Source: Selaginella moellendorffii
Lineage: Eukaryota > Plantae > Lycopodiophyta
Direction: 5' to 3'
NCBI RefSeq assembly: GCF_000143415.4
Contig: NW_003314364.1
Span: 490,676-554,675, forward strand
Length of the DNA: 64,000 nucleotides
This document shows positions 47,771-59,713 of the stretch, in pieces. The notes under the pieces are model-generated. The model saw only the letters and a program-made list of their open reading frames with translations. It was not told the DNA's origin and did no database searches. Position 1 is the stretch's first letter, and each line of letters starts with the position of its first letter. The position numbers and the translations under genes are program-made.

Positions 47771-49223
47771 TGACAAGGTTTCACTCTCATTCCTTTTTCT
47801 TGTGCTTCATACTTGTTTTATTTTGTTCATTGAGTTCCCCCATGTTGAGGTATGTTCTCCTCAACTGGCTCACTAGGTAGGTGCTTATTACTTTTTCTTT
47901 CTTTTACCTTGTTGTATGTTTTGTTTCTGCTGCTCACCAAGATGATAGGTGGTGCTAATGGAAATATTGATAGAAGCAATCACATACTTTTCTCAAGTGG
48001 CTCAAGGCAAGTTTTTTTCTCTTCTCTTTCTCCTCAACTGGCTCACTTTGTTTTTCTTGGTTTTAGTTGTGCAAGTTTTCCTTCTGCAAGACAAGACACT
48101 CCTGCCAATTGAGGTATGTTCATGGCTTTACTATTTGTTTGATCCATGTGGTTCTTCTCTCCACATGCAAGGCTGAGGCCAAGTGTGAAGAAGCTCCTCC
48201 CAATGCTGAAGAACACCATGAGATGCTGGAGATGCAATGTTTTGGAGCACTACCACATTTCCATTTTCTTTCATAGGATATGGACAGATCAAAATGAGCA
48301 TAGGAATCATTTGAAAATGGTGAAATGAAACTCATGTTAGTGCAGCTGGAAAATGGTTTGTTTACAAGTAAAGAACAGTGGCCAATGCCAAATTAACACA
48401 AAGTATAGGTTTGAGCTTTTTCTGACTTCATGACAAAAACAACAACTCAATCTTCTCCACATGTACTAAACAACAAACTTTTGTAAAATTCATATTTTCA
48501 TTTACAACAAATAAAAAAGTTCAAAATTTACAAAAAAAAAACTACAATATTAAAATATTATAAAAACAATCTCAAAATAATAGATTTACATCCTTCTAAA
48601 ATATCCCCCCCAACGTAGTATCATGGGGCTTTTATACAATGCACTAATCGCAGGAATCAGAATATTCTCTGGTTTGCTCTCTCTCAGGCAGCTAATGGCT
48701 CATGGATGCGGCTTGCATCCCAACAGATGACCACAGTGGATCAAGCGTGCTTGTCGCGTGAAGAGAACCTCTCGATTTTCAGATGTCCAATGCAATGCCC
48801 ATGTTGGGGAACTGCGGAAACTGGAGAAACCAAAACAAAGAAAAGAAACAAAGAAAATGGAAGAGGGATCAAGTTTGGAGTCACAAGGAAAACCACATGG
48901 GGAAAACTCTGAGAAAAAACTGAACCCAAGTCCAGAAAGAAAGAGGAGAGAAAACCAAAGAAAATGATGTGAAAATTGTGAAGAAGTGCTCAGTGTAAAG
49001 AGAAACATAGAAAAGAGAATGGAAACCAAAGCTGGAGGAAGAAGCACTCACCTGGATCACAGCCTTGTGGGTTCTCAAGCCTCCGGAAAGTTCCTGAAGT
49101 TTCCCAAGCTTGCAATGGAAAGATGAGAGAGATGTGTGCCTGGAATTTGTATGAAGGAAAGAGATTGTTGGGATAGGCAATGGTGATACTCCATTGACTA
49201 ATGCTTTAGAGTTGGTAATTAAG

Positions 49224-49450
49224 CCTCTTGTGGTTGAGACAGATGTGAGTGACATTGCTATTGGGGCTGTATTGCTTCAAGTTGGGCATCCTCTCACGTT
49301 CATGTGCCACAAGTTTGATGCCACACAAAAAAATTGGCCTTCTTAAGATAAAGAGTTGTATGCCATGATTGCTGCTGTGAAGGAATGGTGACATTATGTG
49401 TAGATCAGACTTCCATGTGAATTCAGATCATCAGTCTCTCAAGTATTGCA
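49224..49450 (+). pseudogene. Ty3/gypsy RNase H fragment
   Basis: PLVVETDVSDIAIGAVLLQVGHPL..KF..QKNWPS*DKELYAMIAAVKEW*HY, with stop codons. Confidence 0.8.
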
Positions 49451-49599
49451 TCAAAAGGATTGTCAAAATGTTTTTACAAAGTCTATAATTCCTTCACTAC
49501 TTAAGGGTTCACTTCAAGTAAAAATTTTGTTTGCTTCATTCAAATCAATTTGAATAAGCAAACTGAGATTTGAAACGAGATTACTCATTTGCTCTGCAA

Positions 49600-50030
49600 T
49601 GACTGCACCAGGTATTGGGCTCTGCCTGCCACCAGTACTGTCCTCGGCATGCAGCTAGAGCAGCAAAATGCAATCTTCATTTTCTTTTTGGAGTAATTGG
49701 TAGCTTAGTCTTTTCTTTGTTTGAAAAGAATGTTGCATTGGGACGAGCCCCTTCGCTGATGAGATAAAGCTGATCAAAGCGTGAAACGCATGTAAGTACA
49801 TTCTCCCATGCGACCTGCAAATAATTTACATAATCATCTACAATATTGAGCAAAACCTGCATATTTGGCCAAGGTAAGCACGTCATCACAGTAAATTGAC
49901 CCTGATAGCATTCACGTTTTTGCTTGATATCCACAGGAGAATGTAGAGATGTAAACTATGCAAGAGAAGTCACAAAAGCATCCGCTGTATTTGCATGCAC
50001 ATCACTGCAGTGATATGTAGAGAGTCAACT
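49600..50030 (-). pseudogene. Fragment of a BIG-family Sec7 ARF-GEF gene (HDS region), decayed
   Basis: DAFVTSLA*FTSLHSPVDIKQK and NYLQVAWENVLTCVSRFDQLYLISEGARPNATFF, separated by a short intron-like segment. Confidence 0.78.
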
Positions 50031-50682
50031 CGACATGCAGGCACTAGCGCAGGATTTTTACACCGAGCAATGAGGAAACAAAACAAATAACACGGCAATA
50101 GAGAATGTCATGCTGTAGTTTGGACACTGCTTAATAAGCTAAGGTATTCATCTTGTGCTCGTTGATAGTACTCAGCCGCAGTTAGAAGAGAAAGCTACAC
50201 TGCTATCTTAGAAGATATAACCCGTATGAAGGCATCAACTCGAACATTTCATGACCCAGGAAGGAGGTAAACAAGAAGGATGTAAATACTAAGAAAACGA
50301 GGCACGGGCAGTGGATGCTCAGCATAAGGCCGATAGAATCACTCGTTCTTTCGTGTGATGAGCAGCATTCCATATAATTTTTCTCGTGTTCTGTTTTCTC
50401 ATGATTCATGACAGTTTTGGACTCCAACTCTTGGTTGGAGTCCAAACTCATGGAGCGGTAAACTCAGATTATTACTTTGTTCCAAGCCATTGGCATCCAT
50501 GCTTGAGGTTTGTGCAGGCAGTAAAGTTTTGGAAAGCGATTTTTCAGCTTCACAGCTTCTGGTATGAAGTTTTGAGTGCTTCTCTAGACAGCTCTAGCCT
50601 CTAGAAGGCAGGGGTTTGGAAAGTCCTTGATGCCTCAGAGGAGCAAAAGACTTATCCAATGGGACTTAAACACTGTCAACAT

Positions 50683-51736
50683 CATACTTGCATTCGAACG
50701 GGTATGATTAATAAAAAATGCCATTTAAAACACGCATATAATACGGCATTTAAAACGGCATTTAAACACCAAGAATATTTTTAAGAAACCCTAAAGAATA
50801 TGCTTTCTTTTACTTATTAGGGTTCATGTAAAATCAGGGTTCACGGGATCCGGAAGCGCTGAGGTAAGTCCGGGATGGGGGGAGGAAGGCAGCCATGCTG
50901 GAGCTGGGCTCATGTTCTGAAACTGAGGCCAACATCCGAGACAAGCCACGGCCTGAGTCTATGGAAGTGTAAGTATTGCTCGAATACTTACACTGGCACG
51001 GCTGAATGAGTTCACGCTCACCTTGGGGGTGTGAAAGGAAGGAATGTAGAGATTTGTACAGGACAGGTGCCACTGGAGGTGGTGAACAAGGCTCGGGCAT
51101 CTTTTAATCGTGTGGAGCTCACGAAGAGCTCCATGATTGCAGCAAGTCCCCAAAAGAGACTTGCCTTAGCTCACGAGACTGAGGTCGGTGAGGTGAGCGG
51201 TGGTGCCAGCTGCGGGGCAAGTGGTGGGGCTACTGGAGGGCTGGGTGAGGCAAGCAGCGGCAGTGTTCCACTTTCTGGAAACTGGAAACTGGAGCTCATG
51301 GAGCATGATCCAGACGAAGAGGAGGTCTCGACTGCTCTCCAAAAACTCAGAGAAGCTGGTTTTTGTGCACACAAATATGCATGTCATACAGAAGATCAAG
51401 TTTGGGAGTTTGAGGCTTATTGAGCATGATCTTGATAACCTTGAGCTTGAGCCTCAGTGGCAAAGGATCCTTGCACTTCAGGAGGTTGTTGAAGAACCTC
51501 TTCAACAACCTAATGATGACGGCACTAGTGGTGATGATGTTCTAGATTCGGAGGATGAAGATTAGATTAAACCTATATTATATTATGTTAAACTTTTTTT
51601 TTAGTAACAGTTAATTATTTTTTAATTATATTAAAACTGAAAACCATTATACCCGTTCGAAAAAAAGCTAAACGGGTATTAAACGTTCGATACCCATTCA
51701 AATCCGGTTGCATTCGAATGTTCGGATGCAAGTATG
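50683..51736 (+). mobile_element. Internally deleted hAT DNA transposon
   Basis: 17-bp TIRs CATACTTGCATYCGAAC; 8-bp TSD GTCAACAT (50675-50682 / 51737-51744); BED-finger remnant WKCKYC..HL..EIC; dimerisation-domain end EKLVFVHTN. Confidence 0.92.
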
Positions 51737-52239
51737 GTCAACATGCTCAAGGTTCACTGTAGAAGTTACTCGAAGCTCATATAGCAACATTATATTCTTT
51801 TCTGTAGGAGGCCCTGAGTTTCAATCACTGTCCGTAGAGATACCGCAGCTTCAACCGTCTGACCTCATCCCAGTCTCTATTGTTTATTTATTTATTTATT
51901 TATTTATTGTCAGGAACACGAGTAGACACTCATAGAAGGATAGAAATGGCCTGCAATGGTTTATATCCACTCAGCTGAGCAGTTGACCACAAGAAGAAAA
52001 TAGTCAAGATACTATATCTGGGAAAAGTACGCTTAACAGTTCCTGTATTTTTTAGCTGTGCCCTCACAAAAATCAGCCAGATTGAAGTTGCATTGGTGGT
52101 TATTACATGGCGTTCTTTAGGTCTCTATAGTGCTGTAACGCAAAAATTGTTGCATGAGCCATGATACTATGTAGATAACTAGGGTCTTTGTTTCCCGACT
52201 TACTAATCTCACTTAGCAAGTCACTCGATTAGTTTCATG

Positions 52240-54710
52240 CATAAGCGTGAAAGTCTTTAACCATTGACTTTTGCTCAAAGCCATCTCTTTGAACACTCAG
52301 GGACTATTTCCCCAACCTTGATAGCCTCGCCTCATGGCAAGCTTCAAGACCACACTTCTATTGTGCCACTCTAATTTCACATGTTCTATAAACCATTACA
52401 CTTATCTTTTTAGGTACTAATCTACCTAGAATTGTTTTTGGGAACCTTGAAGGGACTTTGTCCTTTAGTTTGCTCAATCCTCTCCTTTCGCAAGCTTTTT
52501 AATAACCATATGGTCTAACATGGACAATTCCATACTTTAAACTTTCCATGGCTTCACAGTTGTTAATAACAACACATTCAAACATCTACTTGATTCTCCA
52601 CTTCCAATTTGCATAACCACACTTGCTTATGACCTTTGATTCCTAAGGTTTGATTCTATCCATTTACTATTTCCTTTTTAGCCTTGTAACTTCCCTTTAG
52701 TTATTCTCCTTCGTCTAAGAGGGTAATTTTGCACTTTCTACCATACCTTAGCAAGTATTCTTATGGATGAACCTACTCAATAACTTAAGGAGTGGTTTTT
52801 CAATCTGGATATGCTCACCATGTAATCCCACACACTAGGATTAACGTCGCTACATATGGGCCTCTTTATGCCTATTGCTAACCATGCTAAAATCCCTTTT
52901 TGGCTTTGTCCAATTCGGATAAATAGTCTTCTCTCATCTTTGCAACCTTGGACGTTAAATAACACTTTTTATCCATTATTCACTAAGCACTTAGTCCCTT
53001 GGGCCTTATCTAATGCCCTCATGATTTTAAACACCACTTTTTGATGTTTTAGAGTGTTTTGGTGTCCTAATGATGGCCTTTTTTAACAATGAGCACTTCC
53101 CTTTATGACATTGACTTACTATATCTCAACATAAGCAATTTATCCCCTGGAAGGGTATATTTAACTTCTACCAATTTAATTAATTATTTTGCACTTTTTG
53201 CGTAGTTGCTTCATAGTTGTCAAGTCCTACAACTCATTGCTAGTGCTTCCACACCTCCATCATTATTTGGGGTCACCACACTCTAACCGCATGCCTTCCA
53301 GCTGATATGCCATTCCCATTTCCGTTGGAATTCCTTTGGCAAGAGGTTCTCATGAATTCGCCAACTTGACCTCAAAGCATCACACCTTGGCACATTTGGC
53401 GTCTCCACACCATTGGCTCCACAAACTTACCTTTACGATAGTTCCCACTTGTGTCTAGGTCTTTGCCAAGACCAACACAATTGTTTGTCATACCAACTAT
53501 CTATTAGCACTATACCATAGTGTTCGCACACAACTCTGAGTCAAAGGTGCTTTCTTCTAAGAACACCTTTCCTACAACTTTAGTATGGCACCTTTTACCC
53601 CTTAAAACTATCCATCTATATGATGAGAATATCGACTCATCTTCTAAGTACACCCCCAATTCCTTGGGTTTGTTCCAGCATTTATAAAAGGTAGCCCCAG
53701 CTACCATTTCAAGGACTCGTGTCCTAATCCGTATTTGACCTCATACGGTCATTAATTTTGGTCTCAAATTCATGAGCACCAGCCTCAACTATATGAGGAT
53801 AATCTTGTGACTCCTTTATTTTAGAGTCTCTATCTTTTTCGTGATCCCAACTATAGTTGTTTACCACAACTAAATTATCTAATTTACTAAATCAAACACT
53901 CATCTAGATCACATCCTTAACTCTTTGAGGAAAACTTTATACTGTTCCCAAGATTCCAAAGTCATTCCCAAATTGGCTTGTTTTTATCCACCACATTGCT
54001 AACATATTCACTTATGAACTAAGGTGGAGAGTCATGCCCTTTTGACATGCTACTCCTCAAGGATAAGCCCACTTTTGGGACCTTCCAATGCCAAGACAAG
54101 TGGTGGTATACTTGACCACCAATAAAAGTCGGACTAAGGAACAACTCTAATACTAAATTGTAACCGACTAAATTTTCCATTTTACTTTAGTCACTTAACC
54201 ACACCAACCACTTAGAGAAGTTTCACATACAACCTCCATAAGTCCTAATTTGGATTTGGGGCTTGTTAGCCCCGAGAATGGCATCCATGCCACTCAACTT
54301 TTGCATTTGGTCTAAGTGCTCCATGTATTCGATCCTATGACCAACACTCAAAGGTATCACCCACATATCAGCCCATTATGCTAAGGCCATGCCCATTTGC
54401 CTTTGTCACACCGGTGATCCAACACCACTTACATCACAGCTCTGTCTCTCAAAGTTTGGGCTATCCATCCATGAGTGATCATCCCAAATTCACTCCTTAG
54501 GATCCTTAGGATGCTCACAGATATGGGGAATAGCCTTCTCTAATATTCCTTTTTCAGTCCCCATTAAGTCCCTTTCTGTTCATGGCTGTGTTCGCCAACA
54601 CTGCCACTAGATCAAAGCCCACAGGCCCAACCACTAAGTCCCACTGTCCTCTGGGATTTCGTCACCATATGTGACCGCAGCCTTGGTCATTACACCAAAG
54701 GACTACTGGA
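52240..54710 (-). mobile_element. Older degenerate family-A element: internal region, PBS-like site and partial LTR
   Basis: 52240-54157 is colinear with 37590-39068 (with an extra ~450-bp segment); LTR end tgtaaccgactaaattttcc at about 54158. Confidence 0.8.
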
Positions 54711-55382
54711 GCTTTTATATTTAAGTTTTATGGAGCTGAAGGGAGATTTGAGAAAGGTTGAGAAAGATTTTAGAAAAAACCAGTTTACAATTTCCTCTAG
54801 AGAAGTTTTTATCCCTGTTGGATCTTACACGGAAATGTCACCCAACAAATTTGCTAGCTTTAAAGGCAAAAGAAGAGCAGTGGAGCTCATATATTCTGGA
54901 AGTGTTTTGGAAAATGCTTGCTTAAAAAAAACACTTTCAACAGTCACTAACTCTGGTCCAAAGGTTTTTGCTGCTGCTCCAAAACTAAAGTTTTAAATGA
55001 AGATAAAAAAAAACTCCTTTGAGCTCCTTTGATCATCTATCACAAACCTAGACACAATATATATTGCTTTACATAACCTTCTTGGCCAGATTTTAAATTA
55101 TCTGGATTATGAAGGAAAAACTAGTTAAAGCTAGCTAGCTAGCCAGCGAAAAAATGCTCCTCCCAAGAGCAGAAGACTGACATACCTCCGTGAAGTGCAG
55201 CAAGCTACATTTCAAGAACTTCAAAGAAATTAAGCTGCAATACAAACACCACATGAATTCTGCTCCACAAGTGCTTGGCAGATCCATGTTTATGTCTTGG
55301 TGCCATGAACAGTGCTGGGAATTTGGACGAGATCAGACAGATAGTGCTGAATATTTGTGAATCTTGGATGTAACCACCTCAA

Positions 55383-55652
55383 GATAGTGACAGTGAAAAG
55401 CCTATAGACCTCGCGGCTGTCCGATTGCAGGCCCTGGGGAGGCTCGGTGGTCATTGTTGTGTTGATGTCAATGTTGGCAAACATGGGGACAAGCTGGCTG
55501 GGACAATTCCCAGTTTTGTAGATAGTGACAGTGAAAAGCCTATAGACCTCGCGGCTGTCCGATTGCAGGCCCTGGGGAGGCTCAGTGGTCATTGTTGTGT
55601 TGATGTCAATGTTGGCAAACATGGGGACAAGCTGGCTGGGACAATTCCCAGT
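55383..55652. repeat. 138-bp tandem duplication
   Basis: gatagtgacagtgaaaagcc...gggacaattcccagttt repeated at 55383 and 55521. Confidence 0.9.
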
Positions 55653-57689
55653 TTCGTAGCTGAGATCCCTGGAGCAATCTCTCAAGTGCCTCGAGCTTGC
55701 AACAAGGCCAGCAGCAGCAGCTGCAGTATCCAATTTGGCCACAAGAACCAGGGGTCACGGTTCTAAAACGGGTGTAAGACCGAGCGAGGCACGCTGGGAG
55801 ATGCCGTGTATCAAGCCCACCTTGTATTGATCTCCAAGCCTCACAATAGCTCCAGAATCCTCTCTCCCCCATGAAACCCTTCTTGTTCTTGCACTCCTGC
55901 ATTGTTACAAAGGCCCGTTCTGCTGGCTTGCCAAGCTGGAAGAGCCTGCGCCCTTCCTCCCATGACTCGTCAACAGCTCCACCACCGTGAGCCACAAAAA
56001 ACTCACCTTCTAGTGCCATGCATAGTGGCTTTACCTTTTCGCGGCCAAACACCCTGTTATTTTGAGCTGCACAGTCAAAGTTGTCGAGATAAAGGTCGAA
56101 ATATTTGCCCATCCTGTATATAGGGTATTTGAGATGAGATGCCGAGGAGATCTCTGGGCGGAAGAGCTTCCTCTTGCTTTGGATGCAAGGGAGCTGGCTG
56201 CTTTCCCAGCTTACATGCCACTGTGGGATCCTTGAGGCGAGCTTCTCATCACCAGTACTGTCAAGAGCTGGGTTGCCATTCTCAGCTTCCCATTGCTCTG
56301 AGGCTTCCCCCCTTTCCCAGTGAAAGAGGGGCATTTGCAGAAGTCCTTCCTTGAGACATCTTGCCTGAAAAGAACAGTGTGGTAGCCTGCAAGCTCACAT
56401 ACGTTAAGCACGTTCCTGGTTAACCAGGAAAAGAAAAACAAAAGCAGAAAGAGACAAGAGCATGCTTTCACACTAGGACTGGTCCTCGTTTGCCAGTTCT
56501 CATGGTGATTCCTGGGCATTACCTTGACTGTTACCTTCTACACATGCTTACCCGTCTAGGCACCATGCCCTGTGACCATTCTTATACTTGGTCACAAGAT
56601 TCAAGGGATGTTATCCCAGTACCTTTCTCATACTTGGTCACTAATTTAGGGGATGCTATCCCCATGACCATTCTCATTCTTGGTCACAAGATCCAAGGAT
56701 GCTACCCCGGTGACCGTTCTCATACTTGGTCATCAAAGCTTGACTCAACAAGCAGCTCATGACTAGTGCCCGGCTCATGTAAGATGAGTTGTTCCTCATC
56801 TCCACCATAAAACGGGTGTAAGCCCGAGCCAGGCACGCTGGGAGATGCCGTGTATCCCAAAGACAAACCCCACCTTGTATTGATCTCCTAACCTCATGCT
56901 AGCTCCAGATTCCTCTCTCCCCCATGACTCTCAACCATATTCCACAATAGAGAAGGTAGTTTCTAGCAGTCGAAATAAACTACGGACCTATTCCATTGGG
57001 TTTAAAACAATGCCACGTCGTGGAACTATCTTGACTTCTAAGGAACTACATAAAACTAGGGCTTACAACTGGAGAGACCAAGCAGAGTTGGATCAACAGA
57101 AGAAGAAAAGAAAGAGTTATTTCAAATCAAAGCTTGTTTTAACAAGAGTGTCAAAAGATTTTTGCATCACCTTCTTGATCTCTATTGAATGATCTAAGTG
57201 GTCAATCACCTTTTCACCCATAGCCTTCACAATCTCAACCAATCTTGATCTTCTTTCTTGATCCTTTTGTGACGAGTACTCCCCGATGCATTACTAGCCC
57301 TTGTTGGCGCAAAAAAAAAATTGTATTTTTAGGGCACTCTTTGGGGCAAAGCTCACGACAAGTAAAGGGAGAGAGGATCCTAATCAATGTATTAGTCCCT
57401 AAGGGACATTGAGAATGTACATATAAGCTACATAATCTACCTAATGGCCAGGTATGTCTCCACAGCTCTGTTTTCCATTCTCCTTTCAATCGATATTCCA
57501 TTCCAAATGCATCCTTCCATGTTTTCTCAAGTGCCACAACCCTTTTTCTCATCAAAGAATGCCTTGGCCTTATGTGCCTCCTCAAGCTCCACTTTTACCA
57601 ACAAAACTGCCCCTCTTGAGCTTGAGAAGAGTGTAGAGAAGAAACCAGGAAAGAAGAAGAAAATCAAGAGTCTTGAGGCAAAAGAAGAA

Positions 57690-57900
57690 AAGGGAGAGAA
57701 AGAAGAGAGGGGGAAGTGGGCAAAGTGGAAGGATAATTGGCTGATTTACATCAACCTTGAGTTTAGGATGTGTCTAAAACAGGGAGTTGATCTTTGGGCA
57801 GAAGTTCTTGCAAGCCTTGTAGCTGTGTGTCCAGATTTTGACAATGATGCTGCTGCTTGTAGAAACAAGTGGAAGATGATTTGGACTATAAAGCTCACAA
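57690..57900 (+). pseudogene. Myb/SANT-like (trihelix) DNA-binding domain fragment
   Basis: RGKWAKW...DLWAEVLASL......D..ACRNKWKMI shows the trihelix tryptophan spacing. Confidence 0.55.
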
Positions 57901-58159
57901 CAATATCTCTAGAAATGACAGTTAGTATTCTTGTTTCTTTTTAGTTTTGTTGAGAAGTACTCATCTATAGCTTCATACCACTTGCATTCTCAGACCTGTA
58001 AACAAAAAACACCATGGAAAAAACTACAAGTCCAGAAAGCAACACATGGAGGATCAAGAGGTGATGTCATTGTTGAGGGAGTTGACCATGAGCTAACATC
58101 TCCATTCTCTAGCAAGCTTCAGGAAGAGATTGACAAACAGCCAGTTGCTGAAGGAGTTC

Positions 58160-58497
58160 CTGGGTTCCATGCGTCCCCCTAGGAGAAGTCTTTCAAGGGG
58201 GGAAACTTTTAACCCCTTGTTCCATGCACTGGCAGTGGAATTGGGGGAAAGGGGGAACTGGTGTCCCGCCCCCCCCGCCCAAAAAAATTTCTGCCTGGAA
58301 CCCAGTAGAACAAGTCAATAAAATGTGTAAAAATAGTAATCATTACTTAAAAAGACAAAGAATTTAGCCGAGTTGGCAAAAACTATATTAATGATGTGGC
58401 ATTTTTAAGGGTGGGTTATATATAACTGTAAATTTTAGAGGGGGAGTTTTTTTTTGGGGGTGGAGAAATTTCCAGGTGGGGGACACATGGAACCCTG
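58160..58497. mobile_element. Possible MITE (hAT-like CAGGG terminus)
   Basis: 18/20 inverted match ctgggttccatgcgtccccc / gggggacacatggaaccctg. No clean TSD seen. Confidence 0.5.
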
Positions 58498-59713
58498 CCA
58501 GCAAGCACGTTCTGGAGGGAACAAGTGAGCCTGTGCCTGGGGAATGGCCTTAATAGGCTGTGGTGAGAATGTTAACAAACATATAGAATAACATTATTTG
58601 AGGATGAGAGGTTCTCCAGAACCTGGCAGGTGGCAGCCAGGTTCTGGAGAACCTAGCAGTTGTCAGCCACGTTCTCACAGAGAACTTGACTCAATCTGAC
58701 GGCTGGATCGAGTTAATGGGCAAGCCACAGTCCATTAAGGGACCATCAAAGATGACAAAAAAGGAAATACAAGTTGTGTATCAACTTTTGATGACTCATA
58801 ACATAAGATGACTCTACACTTTAATTGGTGGTTAGTTTAATAACCTTCACAAGATATTACATTTCCTCAACTTTGATTGGCTAGGACCAAATAACATAGC
58901 TTCATGTTTTGACAGCCAATTCAATGCCGGCACAAAAGCTGGAGCAAGAGAAGATACAAAGTTGGCACGTGTCCAGGTAAGTCATGCTAGGGTTTATCAT
59001 TGAGTGTTTGGTGAGGTGCAATGCAAGAGGTTTTTGCGTTTCACTGGATCCCACAAATTTTTTCCCAACACAAGGGCTGGGTAAAAGAAGATATGTATAT
59101 AGGTATGATGCTAGTTCGTCCTGAGCCTCTTAGGATGACCAGGAAAATCAATTCCAGTACATAAACACCCATGAAATTGATGAGCATGAGATAGTTTTGG
59201 AAGCTCTAATAGCTCTAATTTGTCATGTCGTCCACAGTGTTTCAAACAGAAAGATTATAAGTGGGAATTTGAGGGATCTTAGCTCTTGTTAAAGGAACTG
59301 GTGTTGGTGGTGCAAGGTGTTGCCAACCGCCCAGCATTGGCTGGGCAATTACAAGTATATTCATAATAAGTTTGAATAATATTACTGAAGGAATAAAGCT
59401 TTAAAAAGAATTCAAGGTCTCCATCTTAATTATCAGCACAGCAAGGAAAAGGGATCTGATTAATCTACATACTATTTTTTTTTCTCTTCCTCTTCTCCAT
59501 GGACAAACCTAACAAAGTAGGTGCTTTTGGGAAAAGTGTAGAATAGGGACATGATCTGTCAGGGAGAAGTTTAGTAATTGGCAAGCCTTATGAAAAAGTA
59601 ATAGGCTCTTCCACACTTTTTCTGCTATCTTTTCCACCATAAAATTCAGTTGCCACGTCTTCGTTTCAAAGCGTGACACGTCTTGGAGCCCCCAAGGGTT
59701 TTCTAGCATCGTC

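Noticed and set aside
57235-58182. Complete PIF/Harbinger element around the Myb/SANT-like fragment
   Set aside because: I could not identify a Harbinger DDE ORF, TIRs or a TAA/TTA TSD.
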